A stretch of DNA of 64,000 bases from Minisyncoccota bacterium (GTDB taxonomy: Bacteria; Patescibacteriota; Minisyncoccia; Phycocordibacterales; CAIJYI01), in the NCBI GenBank assembly GCA_023229825.1, contig JALNYN010000003.1, forward strand, positions 16,528 to 80,527. Direction: 5' to 3'. Position numbers and translations under genes: made by a program. Shown here one piece after another: positions 1-9,378 of this stretch (positions within the stretch are counted from its first letter, which is position 1; each line of letters starts with the position of its first letter). The notes beneath the pieces are model-generated. The model did not search any database and was not told the DNA's origin. It saw nothing but the letters and a program-made list of their open reading frames with translations.

Positions 1-23
1 TCGAGAAATACGGTTTCATTGGG

Positions 24-632
24 ATGTGTATTCAAATTAAGAATATATTTATTGATCTTATCAATACACATGAATACAACTCGTTCTTAAATGGATTTTT
101 TACTTCTATAGGAGCGTCCTTCGCTTTTCTTCTTTTGATATATATTTTTTATCTGATGGAAAAATCGTTAATAGAAATTCACATAAAATTAGTACCCGAT
201 ATGATAAAGGATTGCGATAATTCTATTGAAAAAGTAAAAGATCTAACGAAGGATATTGAAGATTCTAAAGCTATTATTGATCAGATGAAGTTACAAAGCA
301 CAAATGAGGAATTGCAGACGCAGTGTTCATTAATAGCGGAATATATAGAAAAAATCAATAAAGCCAAAGGAGAAGCAGCCGATGCCTTTCTTGAGGAAAA
401 AAAATCTCTGGAAAAAGATCTCCGTGACTATAAAACAACATCATTTGTTTTTACTATCTATGAATTTTTCGGAAAAAAACATTTCGGAGGCACTGAATAT
501 AATAAATTTCACGATAACTTGGCATTTCATCTTGAAAAAAGCGAGAAAGCTGTTCAAGAAATGGAAAAAATGGTGCGTGCCGTTGGTTCAATTATAAAAA
601 TAATTAGGTCTTCCGCCGGACGGGGTTTGTAA
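24..632 (+). CDS. hypothetical protein with N-terminal TM helix and coiled-coil-rich C-terminus; reading frame is open to the window edge (possibly 5'-partial); AT-rich relative to neighbours
   Basis: ORF track 202 aa; hydrophobic segment 'FFTSIGASFAFLLLIYIFYL'; no in-frame stop between pos 3 and 24. Confidence 0.35.
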   Translation: MCIQIKNIFIDLINTHEYNSFLNGFFTSIGASFAFLLLIYIFYLMEKSLIEIHIKLVPDMIKDCDNSIEKVKDLTKDIEDSKAIIDQMKLQSTNEELQTQCSLIAEYIEKINKAKGEAADAFLEEKKSLEKDLRDYKTTSFVFTIYEFFGKKHFGGTEYNKFHDNLAFHLEKSEKAVQEMEKMVRAVGSIIKIIRSSAGRGL

Positions 633-880
633 CCCTTACAGGGTCAGTCCACTCATTGGATATTTTGTTCGTACCTCACAAAATCCCTCAATGAGTCTTG
701 CGGAATGGGTCCCTTCCCATTCCTCACCCGTCCATGACATTTGTATAAAATCACTGACGACGAATAGTTTGCAAAATTCGAAAATCGTAACATAAGTGGT
801 TAATCCAAACGTTCCGAACGCGGGTGCAACCCACGTCCGACGACGGCATCACCTTCATCAATGTTCGACCTTAACAGTGA

Positions 881-1381
881 TTATTTATTGAGTAAATCAG
901 AATATGAACCGGCGATGGCGGGATAGTTTTTGAGTAGAAGTCTGTTTTTCACTTCTTCGTGTTCCTTCTCGTAACTTTCTTTTGTGTCGCCTAAAACGAC
1001 TGTTTCCAATTCAATAAATTCTCCGAGATCGTCGACGGTATCCAGATGGATCCTTGTATTTTTATAGAGGTATAGATCTCTTTTTTTTACAACGCTAACT
1101 TTTGTTCCAAAAATATAGCCAAAAATAATTTTCGAGAATTTCACGCTGTTTTGAGGAATGGAAACGCGGTGATATAGAGATTCGCGAGTTCCTCTTTTTA
1201 TTTTTCTCACGTAATAGATAATCTCATTTCTGGTTTTTTCTTCGCGAATTTTCAATCTTTTTTCACCAAGTAAAAAATAAGTGTCTGTTTGTTCAAGTTT
1301 CGATGTATGAGCGGCAAAGTCGAGATGATTCTTTAGGTCATCAAGATTTTCTACCTTCACTTTTATTTCCAGATTTCTCAT
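881..1381 (-). CDS. CYTH-like (triphosphate tunnel metalloenzyme / class IV adenylyl cyclase-like) domain protein
   Basis: N-terminal 'NLEIKVKV' resembles the CYTH 'EIExKF' start and C-terminal 'EFIELETVV' resembles the CYTH 'EIExE' motif; size 166 aa is typical. Confidence 0.35.
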   Translation of the reverse strand: MRNLEIKVKVENLDDLKNHLDFAAHTSKLEQTDTYFLLGEKRLKIREEKTRNEIIYYVRKIKRGTRESLYHRVSIPQNSVKFSKIIFGYIFGTKVSVVKKRDLYLYKNTRIHLDTVDDLGEFIELETVVLGDTKESYEKEHEEVKNRLLLKNYPAIAGSYSDLLNK

Positions 1382-1563
1382 TTCAACGATTGTTGACTTT
1401 TTTCTTTTAGTTATGTGTTGTTAACAATTATCAGTCAAATAGATAACGTGGATTCCGGATCGCGGTCCGGAATGACAGTGAGAATTTATTCTTTATGCGT
1501 CGAAAATTTTTCGCAGAACCGGTCCGCCCATCTGACAAATATGCCCCCGGCCGGCGATAGACT

Positions 1564-2118
1564 TTATTGCATTTGGTAAAGGTATAATGTACGAGAAAGT
1601 GTTTCTTTTCCCACATCCAGATCTATTTTTTTTACGGGCATCCAATTTGGGATCTCAAAGTCACACGAAACAATTTTTGTTTTTGGCTGGCACTCGCGGA
1701 GAAATTTTGGTCCGAGTTGGGTCATGAGTTTTGGTGAAAGATAGCAGTAGATATGTGTTGCTGAAGAAATATCAGTCCTCGATATTTCCTCATATCTTAT
1801 TTTTACAGGGTAATTCCGTGAGAGAAACGATGCGACAAAAAAAGGAATAATTCCTTTTTCCATTCCGATCCCGCGAACTTTTGACACAGTTTTAACCGCA
1901 TCAATAAGTATTCTTCCGTCACCGCAACCCATGTCAACAAGAACATCGCCGCTTCTCATATCCAGTAATTCTATAATTTTTGCCACAGCATATCTGCGGA
2001 CCGGGACAAATGGTACGTCCGCAAAAATAGAATCCCGTAATATTAAAAGGAGAATGATACCGACAAGCACAAGAATAAGGGAAATGCTGGCGGTTGTTAA
2101 TATTACAAAAATATTCAT
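1564..2118 (-). CDS. class I SAM-dependent methyltransferase, N-terminal membrane anchor
   Basis: Motif I 'VLVDMGCGDGRILIDA'; ATG at 2118 chosen over the TTG-initiated longer track ORF (1564..2175). Confidence 0.55.
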   Translation of the reverse strand: MNIFVILTTASISLILVLVGIILLLILRDSIFADVPFVPVRRYAVAKIIELLDMRSGDVLVDMGCGDGRILIDAVKTVSKVRGIGMEKGIIPFFVASFLSRNYPVKIRYEEISRTDISSATHIYCYLSPKLMTQLGPKFLRECQPKTKIVSCDFEIPNWMPVKKIDLDVGKETLSRTLYLYQMQ

Positions 2119-2258
2119 AGGGAGTATTTTAATACTATCAAGCAAAAAGAAAATATACAACGTAAGCTGACCCAATCACCCCGAACGCAAGTGCTCCCTC
2201 ATCTGACTGTCGCATTCGGCGATGCGAACTTGAATTATTTACTATTTCATGTTATATT

Positions 2259-2468
2259 TTGATTATGAATGATCCGATAATTCAAAACGAGGTCGCGCTT
2301 AATTATTTGAATACGCTTTTTGGCAAGGCGATTTTTTTTAAGGATTTGGAGAAGGTACATCAACTGAATGTTTTAAGACACACTGTTTATTACGAAAAAG
2401 ACTTTGATTATGAAGCTGTATTAAAAATACTCGGAGAGATAGAGGAAAAATTAAAACGATATGAATAA
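2259..2468 (+). CDS. small protein (69 aa) overlapping the start of the zeta-toxin gene; putative cognate antitoxin (epsilon-like position)
   Basis: Stop overlaps the ATG of the downstream gene (ATGAATAA); location only, no recognisable motif. Confidence 0.35.
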   Translation: MIMNDPIIQNEVALNYLNTLFGKAIFFKDLEKVHQLNVLRHTVYYEKDFDYEAVLKILGEIEEKLKRYE

Positions 2469-3192
2469 TTTTGATATACAAAAAGAGGAGGTGGAGAGAA
2501 TTTTCAGAGAGATGATCGTTCCTCAAACTATTGGCGATTGCGCTCCGCAAGAAATAAAGCGGGCGTATATTTTAGGAGGTCAACCGGGAAGCGGTAAAAG
2601 CGCTTTTGCAAGAGAAATATTAAAAACAAACAACAATATCGTTTTTATAAATGGTGATGATTTACGAGCCTATCATCCCGGATATTATTTTTATTTAAAA
2701 GAAAACGATATCGAAGCTGCTGATAGGACGCAAGCCGTATGTAATTTCTGGATCGAGTCTCTTTTGCGGGAATGTATAAAACAAGGATTGGATTTGATCA
2801 TTGAGGGAACCATGCGAAAAAAAGAAGTCCCCATGAAAACGGCAAAAATGCTGGACGATGCGGGATATGAAACAAATCTTGTAGTTATTTCAACACCATA
2901 TGAATTGTCTCTTCGCAGTTTGGAATATCGATACAATGAACTCAGGAGACTTGGACAACCGGCAAGATTTACAAAAAAAGAAAGTCATGATGAAGCATAC
3001 GAGAATATAGAAGGAACTTTATCGGATTTGGTCGCTACCGAGTTATTCAAAAGGTTTTTTATTTACAAAAGATATGATGGCGGATTTGAAGAAAATATAT
3101 TTGAAACAGAGCAAAAAGAAAATGTTTTGCCGATCTTCAGAGAAGGTAGACTGCGGACGCTGGAACACAACGAAAAAGATCGACGACGATAA
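2461..3192 (+). CDS. zeta-toxin family P-loop kinase (UDP-GlcNAc kinase-type toxin)
   Basis: Walker A 'GGQPGSGKS' near the N-terminus, size about 240 aa, small upstream overlapping ORF; followed by a rho-independent terminator at 3234-3267. Confidence 0.6.
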   Translation: MNNFDIQKEEVERIFREMIVPQTIGDCAPQEIKRAYILGGQPGSGKSAFAREILKTNNNIVFINGDDLRAYHPGYYFYLKENDIEAADRTQAVCNFWIESLLRECIKQGLDLIIEGTMRKKEVPMKTAKMLDDAGYETNLVVISTPYELSLRSLEYRYNELRRLGQPARFTKKESHDEAYENIEGTLSDLVATELFKRFFIYKRYDGGFEENIFETEQKENVLPIFREGRLRTLEHNEKDRRR

Positions 3193-3233
3193 AAGGTTCG
3201 ACATTGACAGTGAAATTCGATAAATAATAAAAT

Positions 3234-3267
3234 ACACGGCGTCGAGAGTGACGCCGTGTTTTTTTTG
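3234..3267. terminator. bidirectional rho-independent terminator
   Basis: hairpin 'acacggcgtcgagagtgacgccgtgt' followed by an 8-T run; an A-run precedes it on the other strand. Confidence 0.7.
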
Positions 3268-3297
3268 AAGCGGGGTTTTTAAATCCCTCACTCCTAA

Positions 3298-3804
3298 TTA
3301 TCTTTCTCCAAGTCCGTAACCGCCGCTTCGATATACCGTGTTGGGGCGAGAAATCGCTTCTTTTGCCACATCAGCTAAATAAATTCTATCCCGTACAAAC
3401 TCATTATAAAGTACGGTAAGCTGGCGCGTTCTTTCTTCGCCTGACATATCGCAGCAAGCGCGCAATACTATTTCCGCAGAACCTTCGCCTCCGCAAGAGG
3501 TTGAATTCCAATGCAGAATTTGTTTCGCCCTCAAATATTCGACGATCTCGACGAGTTTTTCCGTTTTGCCCGGCTCTTGCATCATTCCTGCATAGTAGAC
3601 GGCGTTATGATCATGATCATGAGTACGCCAAATGTCTGAAATAGTACCCCATGCTACGCTTCTCAATGGTTCTTGAAGCTTGGTGGCATAGCGTTGGCCT
3701 GCGTCATAATCAGGATAAGGAAATCCGTTATTTACTATGCGAGCGACGGTTTCTCTTACCGCTCTTTCTTCATTGCTTTCTTGCCTTTCTGTTAATTTTT
3801 TCAC
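3298..3804 (-). CDS. hypothetical protein (168 aa)
   Basis: ORF track; coding-like composition; no family recognised. Confidence 0.4.
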   Translation of the reverse strand: MKKLTERQESNEERAVRETVARIVNNGFPYPDYDAGQRYATKLQEPLRSVAWGTISDIWRTHDHDHNAVYYAGMMQEPGKTEKLVEIVEYLRAKQILHWNSTSCGGEGSAEIVLRACCDMSGEERTRQLTVLYNEFVRDRIYLADVAKEAISRPNTVYRSGGYGLGER

Positions 3805-3964
3805 TTCATCTCCTCCTAAAGAAAATCAATGGACTTTTTTTAAAGGTCCGGTTTGATATTACTGTACGTCATAGGGTATTATTTGTCAAACATTCATAAT
3901 TGACGCATCGACCGGTCTAGAGTAATATTTACCTCGGATCGTGACGCGCTGAAGGAGAAAAACA

Positions 3965-4168
3965 ATGAGATACGGTTTGAAATTCGACAAAATTCATTTT
4001 ATTGAAGGATCGCAAAGAAATTATTTTGCGCCGCAATACGATGTACTTAAAAAGGGCGATCCTATTGAATGGCTCAGATGCATTATTTTTGTTCCGACCT
4101 TTGGTTTGATCTGGTATCCGCTCATAGCATTATTGTCTCTACGGATAGTTATAGTTGGAAAAAAATAG
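3965..4168 (+). CDS. small hypothetical membrane protein (67 aa)
   Basis: RBS 'gaaggagaaaaacaATG'; hydrophobic C-terminal half. Confidence 0.35.
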   Translation: MRYGLKFDKIHFIEGSQRNYFAPQYDVLKKGDPIEWLRCIIFVPTFGLIWYPLIALLSLRIVIVGKK

Positions 4169-4181
4169 GAGGAACCTATGG

Positions 4182-4204
4182 AAACGCCTACGGGCGTTTT
4201 TTCT
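4182..4204 (+). terminator. rho-independent terminator
   Basis: 'acgcctacgggcgt' hairpin plus T-run. Confidence 0.55.
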
Positions 4205-4661
4205 TTGTGCTTCAAATAACCATGAACGAGAAGTCTCCGAACGTTTCGGACAGGGTACATCCGGCAATAAAATTTTGCCCCCTCAGATAACTGAGGGGGC
4301 GTAAAACAGAATGATCACGCGGCTTTAAACCATTGCATGACGGGCCGTTTTGTTTTTGGATCTATGATCCATTTTATAATCACTTTTTCTTTCATGACAC
4401 TCTCCTACTTGTGTATATAAATTCAAGTGTTTTAATTGTACCATATTTTAGTATATACGTCAAGTAGCGGGGAGTGACGACAACGGGACGTGGATTCCGG
4501 CTCGCGGTCCGGAATGACAGCGGGGTTTTCATCATTGGTTCCGGCTCGCGCATTGCTATGCCGTAGCTTTAAGCGAGGACACAGTTTAAGTTGCGCTTGA
4601 CATATTTACATATGTATTATACTATTGCACCAGCACTACACAACTGAATGGAGGTTGTACT

Positions 4662-4925
4662 ATGACATTAATGTCTAAAGAAAAGCGTTTTGAAATGGCG
4701 CGACAAAATCCTATGCGGATGCATTGGAGAAGGATGGATACGAGATACCAAGTGGATCTTCTCAGAGTTCACTTTGAACACCGAAATCTTACCGTATGCG
4801 AGGCATCGCGCTACTTTGATCCGGGAGAAGGATCTTCAGAAGCATTTATTGAAAAGATGCGAAGGATCTTTGATGCGATCATTCCGCATTCACGCTTGGC
4901 GATAGAAAGCGGAAGGGAATTATGA
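4662..4925 (+). CDS. hypothetical protein (87 aa)
   Basis: Promoter-like TTGACA..TATACT at about 4598-4625 and RBS 'aatggaggttgtactATG'; its stop overlaps the start of the next gene. Confidence 0.4.
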   Translation: MTLMSKEKRFEMARQNPMRMHWRRMDTRYQVDLLRVHFEHRNLTVCEASRYFDPGEGSSEAFIEKMRRIFDAIIPHSRLAIESGREL

Positions 4926-5122
4926 AAATATTTAAAAGCAGATTATGGGCTTGGTGGGAACTTGGGCTCGTTAAATGGTCATCATTCTTGTGCGGCATTT
5001 TTGCCGGAGCGTATTGGTCGGAAATATTCGCGCCTCATGCATTCGCTATCCTCGCAGCAGGGCTTATACTTGGCGCTATCGGGGCCATCCTTTGGATCAA
5101 AAAAATGCGTAATATTACATAA
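4922..5122 (+). CDS. small membrane protein (66 aa)
   Basis: Two predicted TM helices; terminator immediately downstream. Confidence 0.4.
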   Translation: MKIFKSRLWAWWELGLVKWSSFLCGIFAGAYWSEIFAPHAFAILAAGLILGAIGAILWIKKMRNIT

Positions 5123-5124
5123 AT

Positions 5125-5152
5125 ATGCCCCGCCAAAAGCGGGGCATTTTTT
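5125..5152. terminator. bidirectional rho-independent terminator
   Basis: 'atgccccgccaaaagcggggcat' hairpin plus T6. Confidence 0.7.
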
Positions 5153-5582
5153 AAATCATCATTGCATTGATCTCTTCGACGGAAAGAACATTTTTTGCCA
5201 TGAGCACTGCGGCAATTTTGTATATTAGCGCGACGTTCAAAGGATTATTTAATATATCCTGAACTGTTTTTGCTGCAAAAAGGAAATATTGACATTGTAT
5301 GTTTCTGTCGCGAGAAAGCAGTAAAAGAACTTCTTGAGCCTGTGCGCGATCCGCCGTAGAATGGTGTTCCGAATATCCATTGGAAAATAGATTTTCGGAA
5401 ATATTTCCCGCGATAAAAAAACATAATTTTTCGAAATTGTCGCGGCCCGCCAGCCAGCTTACGCCGGTGAATCCTCCGTTTTCATTTATCGTAACCCCCA
5501 GCAGCTTTAATTTTCTCATGGCAAGGGCGACAATGGCATGTCCAGCCTCATGAAAAGCCAAAGCTTCTCTTATCATAATCAT
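5151..5582 (-). CDS. minimal FtsH-like (peptidase M41-type) metallopeptidase-domain protein, paralog 2
   Basis: 'AFHEAGHAIVA' HEAGH zinc motif at the N-terminus and a downstream 'STADRAQAQEV' segment resembling the FtsH third zinc ligand region; no AAA domain. Confidence 0.5.
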   Translation of the reverse strand: MIMIREALAFHEAGHAIVALAMRKLKLLGVTINENGGFTGVSWLAGRDNFEKLCFFIAGNISENLFSNGYSEHHSTADRAQAQEVLLLLSRDRNIQCQYFLFAAKTVQDILNNPLNVALIYKIAAVLMAKNVLSVEEINAMMI

Positions 5583-6034
5583 ACCTCCACCTCGCCATCA
5601 TTAACCATGGCATTGATCTCATCTTCAGTAAGAACATCTTTTACCATAAGAACCGCAGCGATTTTATTTAACAAGATAACATTCTTCGGATCCTCGAATA
5701 TTTCTCGAACTTTTTTTATCGCCAAGATCCAGAATTTATACTGTTCGTTCCGGTCATGAGAAATGAGAAAAAGAACCGTTTGGGTATAAACACGGTCTGA
5801 CCAGCAATGCTGTTCCGAATAATATTTTTCGGAATACAAACACTCCGTCATTTCTCCGGCGATATAAAAACATAATTTTTCAAAATTCATACCTTCTGAC
5901 CACTTAACATTAGTGGTTCCGCCGGTACCATCAAGAAGTATATCAAGAACTTTTATCTTGTTCATGGCGATCGCGACGACCGCATGGCCCGCTTCGTGGA
6001 AAGCGTGGGCTGATCTTTCTCCGACATCTGTCAT
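5579..6034 (-). CDS. minimal FtsH-like (peptidase M41-type) metallopeptidase-domain protein, paralog 1
   Basis: 'AFHEAGHAVVAIAM'; overlapping stop/start (ATGA) with the downstream paralog; no AAA domain. Confidence 0.5.
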   Translation of the reverse strand: MTDVGERSAHAFHEAGHAVVAIAMNKIKVLDILLDGTGGTTNVKWSEGMNFEKLCFYIAGEMTECLYSEKYYSEQHCWSDRVYTQTVLFLISHDRNEQYKFWILAIKKVREIFEDPKNVILLNKIAAVLMVKDVLTEDEINAMVNDGEVEV

Positions 6035-6150
6035 AACTTCCTCCTAAAGAAAATCTATATCCAGTACATCATGACCGTCACCTAAATGCAATAGCAAAAA
6101 ACGCACGGAAGGTGCGCTTTTGCAGTTTCAGCCGATAAGTATATTGAGCC

Positions 6151-6567
6151 TCAATGTATCACTTCGTTGACTTTTTTATATGTGTCATTGGAAAGCGAAC
6201 CGTTCTTTAAAAGATGATCGGCAAGATCAAGCGCTTTTCCATCAAGCAGTAATTTGCGTATTATCCCAAGGGATTCTGCAATATTTTCCGAATCAACGGG
6301 ACTGCCGACGAAATCTCCAAAATCCAGTTTTGTTTTATTTTTTAACGATTGAGAAAGGATCGAAAGACAGATCGCCGTGCTTTTAACATCTACATTTTCG
6401 GAACTGCGCATTGAATTTGTGAGCGAGTCTATCTCGCTAATCGCATCCGTTTCAGGATTCTGTATTTTGTTTATGAGTTCATTTATAGCATTCAAATTAT
6501 CAGCTACGGCGTTCTGGTGAAGCATTTCCTGGAATACTGGCTTGTTTTCGTGTTCTTTATATGGCAT
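6151..6567 (-). CDS. hypothetical protein (138 aa)
   Basis: ORF track only. Confidence 0.35.
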   Translation of the reverse strand: MPYKEHENKPVFQEMLHQNAVADNLNAINELINKIQNPETDAISEIDSLTNSMRSSENVDVKSTAICLSILSQSLKNKTKLDFGDFVGSPVDSENIAESLGIIRKLLLDGKALDLADHLLKNGSLSNDTYKKVNEVIH

Positions 6568-6733
6568 ATAAGTATTTTTAATTTAAAATATGTAATAAGT
6601 ATATCATAAAGATAAAAACATCCAATCTTTACTGGTTTAATACAATGTTTATTAATTGTTGTCAATCTTGACTTTATATACCCTGATGGTAAAACAAGGT
6701 AGGGAAGCTTGAATACGTACCAATGGAGGTAAC

Positions 6734-7075
6734 GTGATGGAAAAATTGAAATATGTTTGGAAAGTACTGCTGGCTGTCTTTGGGTGGCTGGTGAAAGGGT
6801 GGAAATGGTTTGTGGCTCATGATACGCCTCTTACCTTTATATATGACGTGGCCGGCGGAATAGGTCTCGGCTGGCTGGTACATTTGGGTTTAACTCATTA
6901 TATCGGTCACGGATTAGAATTTTCAGCGGCTCATCCTGCAGCAGGAATTACCGTCGAAGCGGTCGCTCCTCTGGCGGCATTTGCCTGGCCTCTTGCCATC
7001 CTCTTCGGGGGCGGATTAGCCGTTTTCTTAATATATTTGGATGTTAAGAACATACAAAAATACGGCGAACTCTGA
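6734..7075 (+). CDS. hypothetical membrane protein (113 aa)
   Basis: RBS 'ggaggtaacgtgATG'; several TM helices; terminator at 7088-7116. Confidence 0.4.
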   Translation: MMEKLKYVWKVLLAVFGWLVKGWKWFVAHDTPLTFIYDVAGGIGLGWLVHLGLTHYIGHGLEFSAAHPAAGITVEAVAPLAAFAWPLAILFGGGLAVFLIYLDVKNIQKYGEL

Positions 7076-7087
7076 TAGAGTAAAACA

Positions 7088-7116
7088 GAACGCTCCGCTT
7101 CGGCGGAGTGTTTTTT
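7088..7116 (+). terminator. rho-independent terminator
   Basis: 'acgctccgcttcggcggagtgt' plus T6. Confidence 0.7.
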
Positions 7117-7240
7117 AATACTGAGGGAAATGATATAAAAGGGTCGCTGTAAAAACGTGGATTCCGGATCCAGTCCGGAATGACGAAAGAGGGGATAGTT
7201 TTTTGATTCCGCGATATTTTTTGATATACTATATAGCACT

Positions 7241-7855
7241 ATGCAAACCAGTTTATTTGATTTCGGAACGCCTCCGCAAAAAGATTCGTATCTGTTCTTC
7301 GATACGGAGACCACCGGACTGCCGCGCAACTGGAATGCGAGAGCGGAGGATGTCGACAACTGGCCGCGGCTCGTTCAGCTCGCATGGATACAGTACGATG
7401 AGAATGGCAATGTGATCGCGTCAGAGAACAAGATCGTACGGCCGGACGGCTATACGATACCGGCGGATTCATCTCGTATCCACGGCATCACGACCGAACG
7501 AGCACTGGCGGAGGGGATTCCCGTGAGGCAAGTCCTTGAAACATTCTGCGACAAAATAGGGAAGTCAACGCACATCGTGGCGCACAATATCGACTTCGAT
7601 GAAAAGATCATCGGCGCGGAATTTATCCGTGCGGAAATGAATCACGACTTTCAAAAGAAAAAGAAGATCTGCACCATGAAAAGCACGGTGGACTTTTGCG
7701 CTATCCCCAGCCCTCGCGGATACAAATGGCCGCAGCTTTCCGAGCTTCACACCAAACTTTTCGGCGAACCTTTCAAGGACGCACACGACGCATCCGTAGA
7801 TATCGCCGCCACTGCAAAATGTTTTTGGGAACTGAAAAAACGAGGGGTATTATAA
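7241..7855 (+). CDS. DEDDh 3'-5' exonuclease (DnaQ-like) domain protein
   Basis: Exo I motif 'FFDTETTGL', 'HNIDFD', C-terminal 'HDASVD'; promoter-like TTGATT-16-TATACT only about 10 nt upstream of the ATG (possibly leaderless). Confidence 0.7.
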   Translation: MQTSLFDFGTPPQKDSYLFFDTETTGLPRNWNARAEDVDNWPRLVQLAWIQYDENGNVIASENKIVRPDGYTIPADSSRIHGITTERALAEGIPVRQVLETFCDKIGKSTHIVAHNIDFDEKIIGAEFIRAEMNHDFQKKKKICTMKSTVDFCAIPSPRGYKWPQLSELHTKLFGEPFKDAHDASVDIAATAKCFWELKKRGVL

Positions 7856-7895
7856 AGAAAGAGGCAGCAAAAACGCTGTCTCTTTTTTGTGTTGC

Positions 7896-8096
7896 CTATT
7901 TTTCTTTTTTAAATAATGCGATCACGTCGCCGCCGTAAGCGATCCTAAAATCGCGCTTTACTTTTTTCCCGTTGATCTTTATCAAGGAATAATCGCTGTA
8001 CGATGCGTTAAAGCCGTTCAATATCGAGGAAATCGTTTCCGGTTCACGAATTTTTCCGACCGTGATGATCGAGGTTGGCACTTTCAAATTTTGCAC
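7896..8096 (-). CDS. small protein (66 aa), possibly S4-like RNA-binding or ThiS/MoaD-like beta-grasp fold
   Basis: 'IKINGKKVKRDFRIAYGGDVIALF' pattern; weak. Confidence 0.3.
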   Translation of the reverse strand: MQNLKVPTSIITVGKIREPETISSILNGFNASYSDYSLIKINGKKVKRDFRIAYGGDVIALFKKEK

Positions 8097-8183
8097 CTTC
8101 TTTTTGTGAACAAATCTGCGTATATTATGAACATATTTTATTATATTGTCAACATAACGTTCTTGTGTTAATGTAAAACGATA

Positions 8184-9182
8184 ATGGAGTTTTCAAAGAT
8201 AACAGAACTATTGGCGGGGGAACCGAAATACCGTTTGACGCAGGTCAATCAGGCGGTTTTTTCTGATCTGGCGGAAAACTGGGACGATGTTACCGCGCTT
8301 CCAAAAATACTTCGCGAACGATTGAAAAAAGAATGCCCGATGGAGATCCCCGCGGAAATTTCCGTGTCCGCGGGGGAAGATACGGTAAAGGCGCTCCTTA
8401 AACTCTCTGACGGGAAATTTATCGAAACCGTGCTTATGCGCCATGAGGACGGGAGAAATACCGTGTGCGTGTCATCCATGGTCGGGTGTCCGATGAAATG
8501 CGCGTTCTGTGCGACGGGAGAAATGGGGCTTATGCGAAAATTGACCGCCGATGAGATCATTACGCAGGTTTTGTTTTTTGCTCGACTTTTGAAAAAAGAA
8601 AACGAGCGCGTCGGAAGCGTCGTTTTTATGGGAATGGGGGAACCGTTTTTGAATTACGATAATGTGATGAACGCCGTTCGAACCATGAACAGTCCGGAAG
8701 GATTCGGCATCGGCGCGCGCCATATTTCCATTTCAACCTGCGGAATTTTCGACGGAATAAAAAAACTCGCCAAAGAAGATCTCGCGCTGAATCTCGCCAT
8801 ATCGCTCCACTCATCAGATGACGAGGTCCGCCGACAGCTAATGCCCGTCGCGCACGGATATGAGATAACCGAACTGCTCGCGGTCATCGACGAATACATC
8901 GCCGCAACAAACCGAAAAGTGATGTTTGAATATCTTCTGATCAGCGGCGTGAACGATACCGACGAAATGGCGCTTGAGCTGGCGAAACTTTTAAAAAATA
9001 AATTGTGCGTGGTTAATCTCATTCAATACAACGATACCGGCGCTTTCATCGCTTCATCGCATAACCGAATGAATCGTTTTAAAGAAATTCTCGAGGTCAA
9101 CGGAATTCAGACCACGATGCGCTATCGTTTCGGGCGAGATATAAAGGGCGCCTGCGGTCAGCTCGCGACAGGCAGAAATTAA
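8184..9182 (+). CDS. rlmN: 23S rRNA (adenine2503-C2)-methyltransferase RlmN (radical SAM)
   Basis: 'GCPMKCAFCATG' CxxxCxxC radical-SAM motif; N-terminal and overall layout typical of RlmN/Cfr. Confidence 0.85.
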   Translation: MEFSKITELLAGEPKYRLTQVNQAVFSDLAENWDDVTALPKILRERLKKECPMEIPAEISVSAGEDTVKALLKLSDGKFIETVLMRHEDGRNTVCVSSMVGCPMKCAFCATGEMGLMRKLTADEIITQVLFFARLLKKENERVGSVVFMGMGEPFLNYDNVMNAVRTMNSPEGFGIGARHISISTCGIFDGIKKLAKEDLALNLAISLHSSDDEVRRQLMPVAHGYEITELLAVIDEYIAATNRKVMFEYLLISGVNDTDEMALELAKLLKNKLCVVNLIQYNDTGAFIASSHNRMNRFKEILEVNGIQTTMRYRFGRDIKGACGQLATGRN

Positions 9183-9194
9183 TAGACCTCCGTC

Positions 9195-9340
9195 GTCATC
9201 CCGGGCAGCGATCCCCGTGGATTCCGGATCCCTCCTTCGCCAAGGCTACGGAGGGCAAGCAAGTCCGGAATGACGAAATGGAAGAAAAAAATCATTCACC
9301 GTCATCCCGGGCAACGACCCGGGATCCACGTAATTAACGT
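9195..9340. repeat. cluster of family-B palindromic repeats (consensus ACGTGGATTCCGGA..TCCGGAATGACG / CGTCATCCCGGGCAACGACCCGGGATCCACG)
   Basis: Related copies at about 1444-1480, 4488-4522, 7155-7188, 12178-12212, 13745-13975, 14462-14548, 25968-26008, 26795-26935, 48064-48140, 55003-55033, 59948-59985. Confidence 0.8.
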
Positions 9341-9378
9341 TTTAATGAAATTTTTATTTTTCATGATATAATTCCTTT

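Noticed and set aside
8249-9022. Antisense ORFs within rlmN (103-122 aa)
   Set aside because: Overlap a radical-SAM gene with clear motifs; typical GC-rich antisense artefacts
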